In this document: positions 37,792-45,100 of the stretch, piece after piece
Numbering within the stretch: the first letter of the stretch is position 1
Layout: every line of letters starts with the position of its first letter
Assembly (NCBI GenBank): GCA_039810425.1
Contig: JBDHWW010000024.1
Coordinates: 1 to 45,100 of the forward strand
Source of the DNA: Pseudobdellovibrionaceae bacterium
GTDB taxonomy: Bacteria; Bdellovibrionota; Bdellovibrionia; Bdellovibrionales; Bdellovibrionaceae
DNA: 45,100 bases
Direction: 5' to 3'
Translations under genes and position numbers: made by a program
The notes under the pieces: generated by a model
The model's database searches: none
Told to the model about the DNA's origin: nothing
Seen by the model: the letters and a program-made list of their open reading frames with translations, nothing else

Positions 37792-39858
37792 CTAGAATTC
37801 CGTATCGAACATATCCAAAATAACTTTTTTAAACGGGCTTGTTTCCAGCTTATTTTGAATCGGGCGAGAATCCTGCAGATAAGTCCCGTAGATCTTTTCC
37901 ATGCGCTGGTTGAACTCAGGACTGTAAATCATCGCCCCGTTTTCAAGGTCATGGAAGAAACTACGTTTGTTGAGATTCACCGACCCGATGAATGAGAACT
38001 TCCCATCCACAAGCACGATTTTAGAGTGGAGAATCACTTTCGGTTCCATGTATTCATAGATATGGATCTTATCCCAGAACTGATTCACGCCTTCCTTATT
38101 GGCATCACTCAAGAGCCAGTCGACGGTATCGCCTTCTAGATCCAAACGCGTGATCAAAGTGATGTCCACGCCACGCTTGACCGCGCGATTCAGCGCGCCT
38201 ATGAACATTTCCGTTGGACGGAAATACGGAGTCGAGATCTTCACACTCTTCTCTGCGGAATCGACCATTTCAGAATAGAAAACTTCAAGACTATGCCCAT
38301 CCTTGTACGGGAACGACATAAAGTGACGAACCAGATGTTCACGGCTCTTAAACAGGCGCATATCCGCCGGCGCTGATTGCATCACATTTTGATTCACTGA
38401 ACGAACCGCCAATGTTTTTGCATCATAGTTCCAAAGCGTTAAGAAGTGGGCAGCTGCCTTACGAGCAAAGCCCGGGTCTTGAACTTTGATTTCAAAGTCG
38501 CGCCAGTGACAGAAAGACTCATCCTTGCCATCGCCGTAGTCGACCATCTCCGGATATCGCGCCCGGCCTGGCGGAGTTTTAAAAACGAAACCATCATGAA
38601 CGTTACGGCCACCAATAAATGCCGTATTGAGCTCGGGACGATCTTTGGAAGTCGTGATCAGGAGTTTTACGTGCATCGTGCGATGGAATTCATCAAACTT
38701 GCCTTTGAGCCGTTCCCCTTTTTGGCGTTTATAGCGGTATTCCTGAATTTTAATGTTGTTATGTTTTTGTGTCATCCGCGCAAACATTGCGCGGTCCTTT
38801 TTCAGAGCAATGACATCAGTTACAAGAAGCTTTACCCTTGTTCCAAGGTCCGCGTGATGCTCCAGCAAACGCGCGAGTAAGCTTCCGTAGAAATCCGCCC
38901 TGAACACCAAATAAGAAACATAAATACTGTCAAAGTGCGGCGCTTGACTCATGTCCAGCGGCGCATAGGGATCGTAGTTCTGTACGAATTCTTTGGTGAT
39001 AGGATGACCTAATAAAACTTCGACCTTTGACCGAAGCGCGTCGACCGGATCTTCAAGAGTCGTAATATTGCTCACGGCATCCACACAAGTCATCGATTTG
39101 TATTTGTTCGTCAGAAAGAATCTTTCCACACCCTTCAGGTTGTCTGCTTGAGGTAAAATGCAGCCATCAATCACATGGTTCAATTCCTGATCCGGATCTG
39201 CCGAGTCTGTTACGATACGCACGCCGTACTTTTTGCCGCCCATTTGCCAAGTCATCTGACACTCAGAGCCTTGGGGAGGAGACAAAACAATGCGCTGGCC
39301 GTTCACGGAGCTTTCATAAACATTAAAGCTCTTTCGTTCGTCGGCCAAATGGAGCTTCTTTCCCGACGGGCCGTTTTGGAACGTATAACTTTGGTTACAA
39401 ACGATGTCTGCGGGATAGCTCGGCTGCTCTTTTTGCAGCTCCTGCGAAGAGCGGCCGCCGTTAAGCTCTTTCGAGTAGAGAAAGCTCTGGATGTCGAGCT
39501 CGTACTCTTTGGCCCCAAAGCGGTCCATCGCGTAGATGCGTTCGACATGCCCGTTCTTGATTTCAAAATCCGCCAGACGGTTGATATTGAGTTCTTCTCG
39601 AACATTGCGCCACTGGCCGAAATAGGCGCCTTTCACACTCAACGGCACCCCCGTGTTTGCACTGAGTGGCGCTACCACATCGGCAACCTCGACAGTTTGT
39701 TCTGGAATCACATTTTTCATTGTCTCGGTCTCGTAGGTTTTTTCGACGAGTTTGGACAACTCAAAAGATTCCGCGGAACCCGAAGCGGGGTTTCTCGGCG
39801 AGGGAGATTGGCAAGAAACCAGGCCTAAAAATAGAACTGCAGAAATAAGTTTTGTCAT
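37792..39858 (-). CDS. Phospholipase D superfamily lipoprotein (cardiolipin synthase-like)
   Basis: Lipobox-like LGLVSC; HVKLLITT...IGGRN and HSKIVLVD...IGSVN motifs; WRDF; ISTPYF. Confidence 0.85.
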   Translation of the reverse strand: MTKLISAVLFLGLVSCQSPSPRNPASGSAESFELSKLVEKTYETETMKNVIPEQTVEVADVVAPLSANTGVPLSVKGAYFGQWRNVREELNINRLADFEIKNGHVERIYAMDRFGAKEYELDIQSFLYSKELNGGRSSQELQKEQPSYPADIVCNQSYTFQNGPSGKKLHLADERKSFNVYESSVNGQRIVLSPPQGSECQMTWQMGGKKYGVRIVTDSADPDQELNHVIDGCILPQADNLKGVERFFLTNKYKSMTCVDAVSNITTLEDPVDALRSKVEVLLGHPITKEFVQNYDPYAPLDMSQAPHFDSIYVSYLVFRADFYGSLLARLLEHHADLGTRVKLLVTDVIALKKDRAMFARMTQKHNNIKIQEYRYKRQKGERLKGKFDEFHRTMHVKLLITTSKDRPELNTAFIGGRNVHDGFVFKTPPGRARYPEMVDYGDGKDESFCHWRDFEIKVQDPGFARKAAAHFLTLWNYDAKTLAVRSVNQNVMQSAPADMRLFKSREHLVRHFMSFPYKDGHSLEVFYSEMVDSAEKSVKISTPYFRPTEMFIGALNRAVKRGVDITLITRLDLEGDTVDWLLSDANKEGVNQFWDKIHIYEYMEPKVILHSKIVLVDGKFSFIGSVNLNKRSFFHDLENGAMIYSPEFNQRMEKIYGTYLQDSRPIQNKLETSPFKKVILDMFDTEF

Positions 39859-39960
39859 ACTTTTCTCTTCGGAATTCGACGTTTTAAGCTGAATTAAAGG
39901 ACAAAGGCCTTAAGTCCAGCTTCAGTCTAGGATATGCAAAGAAGTGTCCCTAACAAGCAA

Positions 39961-40269
39961 CTAAGTCGGCTTTTTAAAGAGCGCCTCCGCGGCCGCGCGC
40001 AGGGCCGCAGCTTTATCTATGCCGCCGCTCGCGCCTTTCCGGGGCGAGAAGTAATCACAAAAGTTCGCGCGGTCTTTTTCTTTCACAACGTCGGCCTGAG
40101 GCTCACGGCATTCGTTGTACGCCTTCACGTCCCAGAACTCGCAGTTTTTGCACACATGCACATCGGCACGGCAATGCGGACACTCGTCACGACGCCCGAC
40201 GGTTCCCAACACAGGGAGTTCCTTACCGCAGTTGAAACAGTGAAGACCTTGCGGATTCATCGCAATCAT
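39961..40269 (-). CDS. Small Cys-rich (zinc-ribbon-like) hypothetical protein
   Basis: CFNC, CPHC, CKNC, ECRE, NFCDYF; ATGA overlap with the glpX stop. Confidence 0.8.
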   Translation of the reverse strand: MIAMNPQGLHCFNCGKELPVLGTVGRRDECPHCRADVHVCKNCEFWDVKAYNECREPQADVVKEKDRANFCDYFSPRKGASGGIDKAAALRAAAEALFKKPT

Positions 40270-41234
40270 TTCTTGAAATTTGGTTTTTGGTTGAGCTTAT
40301 GATGGGCCTCAATCGTCCGGATCGTGCCCGTTTGCGAACGCATCACCACTGAATGGGTCTTCGCCTGACGGCCTGGAAGAGTTTTCACCCCCTTTAAGAA
40401 AGGCCCATCCGTCACGCCGGTGGCAACAAACATCACAGAGCCATGTGCGAGTTCATCCACGAGATATTTCTTCTCGAGATCTTTCACCCCCATACGTTTT
40501 GCCCGCTCTTTTTCTTCGTCGTTACGAAATTTCAAACGGCCTTGGAAGTCCCCGCCCAGGCACTGCATCGCAGCGGCCGAGATCACGCCCTCTGGCGCGC
40601 CACCGACCCCCATGAGCAAATCAATCCCTGAGTCCGGCCAAGCCGTTGCAATCGCCGCAGACACGTCGCCATCACCGATCAGGTGAATACGTGCTCCGGT
40701 TTTACGAACTTCTTCAATGAGTTTTTCGTGGCGTGGGCGGTGCAAAATTACAACAGTGACGTCGCTTACGTTTTTCTTAAGGGCCTCGGCCACGCGGTTG
40801 ATATTTTCAGTCGGAGTTTTATCGATATCAATCACGCCCTTTGCGCCGGGGCCGCAAGCGATCTTGTCCATGTAGGTGTCCGGAGCGTGCAAGAAGTTGC
40901 CCCGTTCCGCCACCGCAATCACGGAGATCGAACCCACACCACCTGTGGCACAGATGGTTGTGCCCTCAAGCGGATCCAGTGCAATGTCGATCGCCGGGGC
41001 GTTGTTTGCTTTATTGCCGACCCTTTCGCCGATGTAGAGCATCGGTGCTTCGTCACGCTCGCCCTCACCGATAACCACAGTCCCGTCGATATTCACGCTG
41101 TCAAAAGCTTTTCTCATGGCATCAACAGCCGCCTTATCGGCCGCCTTCTCGTCGCCATGTCCAGTCCACTCCGCGGAGGCAAGTGCTGCTGCTTCGGTAA
41201 TACGTACGAACTCTAAAGCCAGGTTTCTGTCCAT
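40266..41234 (-). CDS. glpX: Fructose-1,6-bisphosphatase class II
   Basis: RITEAAALA, VIGEGERDEAPML, DPLEGT, APDTYM, GGAPEGV, ATGVTDG. Confidence 0.97.
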   Translation of the reverse strand: MDRNLALEFVRITEAAALASAEWTGHGDEKAADKAAVDAMRKAFDSVNIDGTVVIGEGERDEAPMLYIGERVGNKANNAPAIDIALDPLEGTTICATGGVGSISVIAVAERGNFLHAPDTYMDKIACGPGAKGVIDIDKTPTENINRVAEALKKNVSDVTVVILHRPRHEKLIEEVRKTGARIHLIGDGDVSAAIATAWPDSGIDLLMGVGGAPEGVISAAAMQCLGGDFQGRLKFRNDEEKERAKRMGVKDLEKKYLVDELAHGSVMFVATGVTDGPFLKGVKTLPGRQAKTHSVVMRSQTGTIRTIEAHHKLNQKPNFKK

Positions 41235-41620
41235 TGTTCTTTCTCCAGGATTGCTTTCATTGCCGCCGGAAGGCGCATCAGTTTTAAGTTTTGATCTAAC
41301 GGTACATGAGTGGTTTCGGCCACCGCCAAGGTCTGCCCGCGGGCGTTCATACGATACTGTATGTGAATCCGCACGCCCTCAGGGCGGACCTGCAGCTGAA
41401 TTTCAATATCATCGCCGAAAAGGGCCGGTTTCAAATGACGCACTCTGGTCTCATAAACGGCAAACATGCTGGCCGATCCCTTTTTTTGGTAATCGATCAA
41501 GCCTTCGGAGTGAGCCCACTCCACCCGGGCTTCCTCGCAAAAACGCAGGTAGTTGCTATGGTGAACGATTCCCATTTCGTCGGTTTCATAAAACTGAACT
41601 CGGTGCCGGTACGTGAACAT
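41213..41620 (-). CDS. Acyl-CoA thioesterase (YbgC/4HBT hot-dog family)
   Basis: RVQFYETDEMGIVHHSNYLRFCEEAR; ATG 41620 follows AAGGA. Confidence 0.9.
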   Translation of the reverse strand: MFTYRHRVQFYETDEMGIVHHSNYLRFCEEARVEWAHSEGLIDYQKKGSASMFAVYETRVRHLKPALFGDDIEIQLQVRPEGVRIHIQYRMNARGQTLAVAETTHVPLDQNLKLMRLPAAMKAILEKEQWTETWL

Positions 41621-41754
41621 AAAGTCCTTGTTAGATTTAAGCGCTACAATCACAAAAAGCCGGCGAGAAAGCAAAACGTTTTTTTCTCGCGGTTGACAGC
41701 CTGGAATCCATTTTGAGAAGATCAGCGCTGTAAGAAACAACAAAGGACCCTTGA

Positions 41755-42363
41755 GTGACCAGCACCTCGATCCCAGCGCCCTCCGCCAATGGGAAAAAAA
41801 TAGCTCCGTGGAAAATGCAGCTTCCAATGTGGATTACCGTAAGCCGCATCGCCATGGTGCCATTTGTGCTTCTCGCCATGTTGCCGAATACCTTCTGGTG
41901 GAATGTCGTCGCTGCTAGTTTGTTTATTCTGGCCTCTATCACGGACTACTACGATGGGTACTTCGCCCGCAAATACAACGCCGTTTCGAACATGGGTAAG
42001 TTCATGGACCCTGTGGCGGACAAAATCCTCGTAAGCAGCATCCTTGTGATGATGGCTTACTACCAAAAAATTGATCCATGGATGGTGGTTGTGATCCTGG
42101 GACGTGACAATTTTATCAGCGGCATCCGTGCGGTGGCGGCCGCCGACGGCGTTGTGATCGCGGCAAAGGCGGCCGGCAAGTGGAAGACGGCCCTGCAAAT
42201 GGGGGCTCTGCCAGCCGTTCTAATTGGAGAAATTCCAGGGTATGTGCCCTATCTTGACAGAATCGGCTATGGGATCTTGTGGATCACGGTTCTGTTAAGT
42301 ATAAGCAGTGGCGTCGAGTACTATTTAGCGTATAAAAGAGGCCGCGCAGAGGCCAAGGGTTAA
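41755..42363 (+). CDS. pgsA: CDP-diacylglycerol--glycerol-3-phosphate 3-phosphatidyltransferase
   Basis: TDYYDGYFARK...GKFMDPVADK CDP-alcohol motif and GKWKTALQM. Confidence 0.95.
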   Translation: MTSTSIPAPSANGKKIAPWKMQLPMWITVSRIAMVPFVLLAMLPNTFWWNVVAASLFILASITDYYDGYFARKYNAVSNMGKFMDPVADKILVSSILVMMAYYQKIDPWMVVVILGRDNFISGIRAVAAADGVVIAAKAAGKWKTALQMGALPAVLIGEIPGYVPYLDRIGYGILWITVLLSISSGVEYYLAYKRGRAEAKG

Positions 42364-42474
42364 ACCATGTTACTGCATATGTCCCCAAGAGATTGGTTTT
42401 TTATTTTCCTGGCGGTTTTATTGGCAAGTTACGTAAAAATGGCGTCGGTAAAAACACAGCCAGGAATGAACCCG

Positions 42475-42681
42475 CTATTTAAGCTTGCGAAGATCAGTCG
42501 CCTGATTTGATTTAATGTCTGCCGGGATTGCTTCTTTTTCCGGCTTCGAGGCCACATTTCGAGAATTGGCTTCATTTCCCAGATTCTTCACACCCCAAAA
42601 ATAGCCCAAAAAATAAGCGCTTACGCCCAAAAGCACAAGCGTCGACCATTTAACGAAAATTTTTTTAAAAAATAGCGGCAT
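42475..42681 (-). CDS. Small single-TM hypothetical protein
   Basis: 68 aa, one TM segment; TTGCCT-18-TAAATA-6-ATG upstream. Confidence 0.55.
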   Translation of the reverse strand: MPLFFKKIFVKWSTLVLLGVSAYFLGYFWGVKNLGNEANSRNVASKPEKEAIPADIKSNQATDLRKLK

Positions 42682-42697
42682 GAAAAATATTTACCCA

Positions 42698-42726
42698 TTG
42701 ACAGCACAGGCAGGCAACTGTAATTT
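42698..42726 (+). promoter_or_regulatory. sigma70 promoter of tRNA-Gly
   Basis: TTGACA (42698-42703)-17 nt-TAATTT (42721-42726), followed by GC-containing CGGC. Confidence 0.75.
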
Positions 42727-42746
42727 CGGCTCTCATTCGTAATGAC

Positions 42747-42822
42747 GCGGGAATAGCTCAGTTGATAGAGCGATGCCTTGCCAAGGCATAGGTCGCGGGT
42801 TTGAGTCCCGTTTCCCGCTCCA
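42747..42822 (+). tRNA. tRNA-Gly (GCC)
   Basis: 76-nt cloverleaf: GCGGGAA/TTCCCGC acceptor, GCTC/GAGC D stem, ATGCC-TTGCCAA-GGCAT anticodon arm, GCGGG/CCCGT T stem, U73 and encoded CCA. Confidence 0.97.
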
Positions 42823-42970
42823 ATTTTTTAAAGTTGGAATGACCTTTTTGGCAAATCCCTAACAATCATAAGTACCTAACAACACTACAGAGAGAGTTGT
42901 GGGTCGCATTCTTTATTTCAAGAAATTTCAGTATTTTTCAGTCATCGCTTTCCAAATGCTTACCAGCTTT

Positions 42971-43143
42971 GGGTTTTGAATAGCAGCGACCAGTGCGCGC
43001 TTGCCCTCAGTAGCAAGCTCACTCGCAAATACACAAAACCCTTAGTCTTTTTCAGCAAGCAGTCGCTTGCATCGTAAAAAACAATCCCTCACCAAAAACA
43101 AAACATCTCCTCATGCCCATTGGAAAGTTCCTTCGGGCATGAG
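42971..43143. repeat. Cluster of inverted repeats upstream of the tandem-HTH gene
   Basis: GGGTTTTG (42971-78)/CAAAACCC (43034-41); GCTTGC (42999-43004)/GCAAGC (43013-18); GCAAGC (43055-60)/GCTTGC (43065-70); CTCATGCCC (43110-18)/GGGCATGAG (43135-43). Confidence 0.75.
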
Positions 43144-43163
43144 CTATTTGTCAGGAGTTAATT

Positions 43164-43811
43164 ATGGAAATTTCTATAACTGAAAACAAATCATCACAAG
43201 AGTATATTTCTGAATTCGCAGTCATTATTAAAAAAATGCGCTTACTCAAAAAACTACAAAGAAAACAAGCGGCCCACTTTTTACCTTTCGATCATAAAAA
43301 TATTGAACGACTTGAAAATGGCCGCGGCAACATCAGCATCGAGCAGTTCAAGCTCTTTCAAAACGTCTATGGCTTTTCTGATGCCGACGTAGAATCAATT
43401 CGTACTGGAAAATACAAGGTCATTGAAAAAATTAATGAGCCAAAACAGAAAATCACAACAAAGGATCGAAAAGATCGTCGCTTCTGTCACAGGAAAATTA
43501 CTAGAGAATGTAAAGTTTTAAAAGAGATGAGAATTTTAAAAAATCTCGATCAGTACACCGCTAGTAAAGATTGCAAATTCGGAAGAAACACCATTGGCTT
43601 TATTGAAAATGGCCGCGTGACTTTAACCGAAAAGAAAATACGCCACATTGTTGAAACCTATGGCTTCACAATGGAGTTGTTTTACCAACTTTTAAAACAA
43701 TCTCTGCTTCGTCACGAGATCATGGAGCAGTGTCAGGAAATTCTTGGCAAGCTCGACGAAAACAAACTACGAGTCATTTTTCCCATGCTTCAAAGCATGG
43801 CCAACGGTTAA
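43164..43811 (+). CDS. Tandem XRE/HTH_3 transcriptional regulator (two HTH domains)
   Basis: IKKMRLLKKLQRKQAA...IERLENGR and LKEMRILKNLDQYTAS...IGFIENGR; SD AGGAG. Confidence 0.85.
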   Translation: MEISITENKSSQEYISEFAVIIKKMRLLKKLQRKQAAHFLPFDHKNIERLENGRGNISIEQFKLFQNVYGFSDADVESIRTGKYKVIEKINEPKQKITTKDRKDRRFCHRKITRECKVLKEMRILKNLDQYTASKDCKFGRNTIGFIENGRVTLTEKKIRHIVETYGFTMELFYQLLKQSLLRHEIMEQCQEILGKLDENKLRVIFPMLQSMANG

Positions 43812-43836
43812 TCAATCAAATTTTTAGGAGGATCAC

Positions 43837-43998
43837 ATGAACAGTTTAATTAAAATCGCAGTCGTCTTGGCCTTTGCCGCAGTATCTAGTGGCAATCTCC
43901 CAAAGATTCTAAACCAAGTGCGCAAGGCTCAATTCCTGCTCATCATGGAATCCAAGGCATCAAAGTGGCCCCATGCAATGACTCTACCTAGCAGATAG
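43837..43998 (+). CDS. Small 53-aa protein with hydrophobic N-terminus (absent from ORF track)
   Basis: AGGAGG SD just upstream; MNSLIKIAVVLAFAAVSSGNLPKILNQVRKAQFLLIMESKASKWPHAMTLPSR*; followed by a terminator. Confidence 0.75.
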   Translation: MNSLIKIAVVLAFAAVSSGNLPKILNQVRKAQFLLIMESKASKWPHAMTLPSR

Positions 43999-44036
43999 CT
44001 GCCTAATGGTTGATAAGTTTACGATAAAGTGGGCTC

Positions 44037-44074
44037 TCACAAAAAAAGCCGGATTTCTCCGGCTTTTTTTGTGA
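44037..44074. terminator. Bidirectional Rho-independent terminator
   Basis: Perfect 17-bp inverted repeat TCACAAAAAAAGCCGGA-TTTC-TCCGGCTTTTTTTGTGA between convergent genes. Confidence 0.9.
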
Positions 44075-44113
44075 ATATCGTTACTCAAATATCATATGAT
44101 TCTAACTTTAATG

Positions 44114-44650
44114 TTAAAAATCATATCTCCACAGTACGTGATCAACGATTCTATCTTCAAGCGTTTCAGCATTTGGAATCACCTGTGATCTTTGAAAATT
44201 AAATGCCAATGGTATCCTTTGAGAGCGAACATTGGGGGCCGACGTGGATAGTTCCACGGCTTTTAGTTGAAGAGTGTTCTTTGCGTAAGAAAGAATAAAT
44301 GGAAACGAACGCGCAACGATTCACATTCCCTCGAACTCAGCTCCAAGCCAGTATCCAATTTCACTTGTTCTTTTAAGACTATCAATGGGGCTTAGGCTTA
44401 TAAGCCCCGATAATTTATTTTTATAAAATATCAAAAAGTCCGGAGTTCTATCTTGTTCAAATTTAAAATTTGCATCATCTATGTGCGTCAGTGTTGATTC
44501 CAACGAGGCGTATGTTTTTTTGAGATCTGGACACCAATAGCAAAGGTTGTTGTTGAGATTACTTTGCACAAGGCTGAACAGCTCATTAGCAGAGTCTCGA
44601 GATATTTGTTTGAGTACAATCTCATGATCGACAATTATTTCCATCTTCAC
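44114..44650 (-). pseudogene. RimJ/RimL-family GNAT N-acetyltransferase with one in-frame TGA
   Basis: SEIGYWLGAEFEGM*IVARSFPFILSYAKNTLQLKAVELSTSAPNVRSQRIPLAFNF...DHVLWRYDF*. The frame continues 68 sense codons past TGA (44323-44321) with a normal GNAT C-terminus. Confidence 0.8.
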
Positions 44651-44706
44651 CCTTCATAGCAGGAGGCAACCTTGTAGTCATCAAACTAGTGACAACGATA
44701 GCTTGC

Positions 44707-45036
44707 TCAATTGCATTTGTAAGTATAAATGGTTTCATTGTTATACCATACATCTCCTGAATACTTTCTCTCTGATACTCCAAAATGAACACTTTTAAGA
44801 GGCGTTATTCCATCATAGAAAAAATTGTAGAGGGCCGCGTATCGAGGAGATCCTGGCCATCCCCCCGCCCACTCGAGATAGTTAACAGTCTTACCATACT
44901 GCATGTATTGAGTTTCTCCAGGATTGTAAGCGACCCAAGATTTTTTTATTGGATCGGTTTCCCCATGCAAGTACAACGTCACAAAACCCGTTAATCTATT
45001 TTTCCAAAGGTGAAAGACAATATTGTTCCGTTTCAC
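44707..45036 (-). CDS. Hypothetical protein (possibly the 3' part of a longer disrupted gene)
   Basis: 109-aa aromatic-rich ORF without a clear SD; the same frame is open upstream of a single TAA to the window edge. Confidence 0.5.
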   Translation of the reverse strand: MKRNNIVFHLWKNRLTGFVTLYLHGETDPIKKSWVAYNPGETQYMQYGKTVNYLEWAGGWPGSPRYAALYNFFYDGITPLKSVHFGVSERKYSGDVWYNNETIYTYKCN

Positions 45037-45100
45037 TTAGTTTGACCGGGTTCGTTTCAGATACTTTGACCACCTGATTTTTGAGGGTTTATTGGTCTTT

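Larger units (their letters stand above)
42823..45100. mobile_element. Probable end of a genomic island/integrative element at tRNA-Gly (extends beyond window)
   Basis: Abrupt shift to AT-richer sequence after the tRNA 3' end; XRE regulator, orphan ORFs and a disrupted gene. No integrase or second att copy in the window. Confidence 0.6.

Noticed and set aside
41621..41827. N-terminal extension of the thioesterase ORF
   Set aside because: Overlaps the divergent pgsA start; AAGGA supports ATG 41620.
42367..42510. 47-codon hydrophobic plus-strand ORF after pgsA (MLLHMSPRDWFFIFLAVLLASYVK...)
   Set aside because: Weak SD and overlap with the better-supported minus-strand ORF; cannot be supported from sequence alone.
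44321..44323. Selenocysteine reading of the GNAT TGA
   Set aside because: The position corresponds to Gly, not Cys, and no convincing SECIS-like hairpin follows.
45025..45060. TGAAACG(G)AAC near-repeat on the minus strand resembling a CRISPR repeat end
   Set aside because: Only two short copies about 24 bp apart, no repeat-spacer periodicity and no cas genes; I saw no CRISPR array in the window.

Overview
A 45.1-kb bacterial chromosomal window. Gene content and order suggest a Bdellovibrionota (Bdellovibrio-like) predator; this is an inference, not a database result. Positions 316-42822 are mostly conserved backbone: DUF455, yebC, a secreted trypsin-like protease, sufE, glnD, mutS, a purB-ldcA-serine hydrolase-mpl operon, iscS-mnmA-mtaB-rnc-era-der plus an NSS transporter, sad-tilS-ftsH-cdaA-cdaR-glmM-pdxJ-tsaE, a lipoprotein phospholipase D, glpX, pgsA and tRNA-Gly(GCC). 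The window opens inside a HUH/Y1 transposase-like gene. After the tRNA the sequence turns visibly AT-richer and looks like one end of an integrated element that runs off the window. That part holds a palindrome-rich leader, a tandem-HTH regulator, an uncalled 53-aa hydrophobic ORF, a bidirectional terminator and a GNAT gene broken by an in-frame TGA at a conserved Gly. Other signals read from the DNA: a compensated A19-U56 elbow pair in the tRNA, repeated promoter spacing that implies leaderless mRNAs, sigma28-like and sigma54-like promoters on secreted or orphan genes, a candidate ~50-nt structured RNA, and an AmiE-like/LdcA/Mpl peptidoglycan-peptide salvage module.
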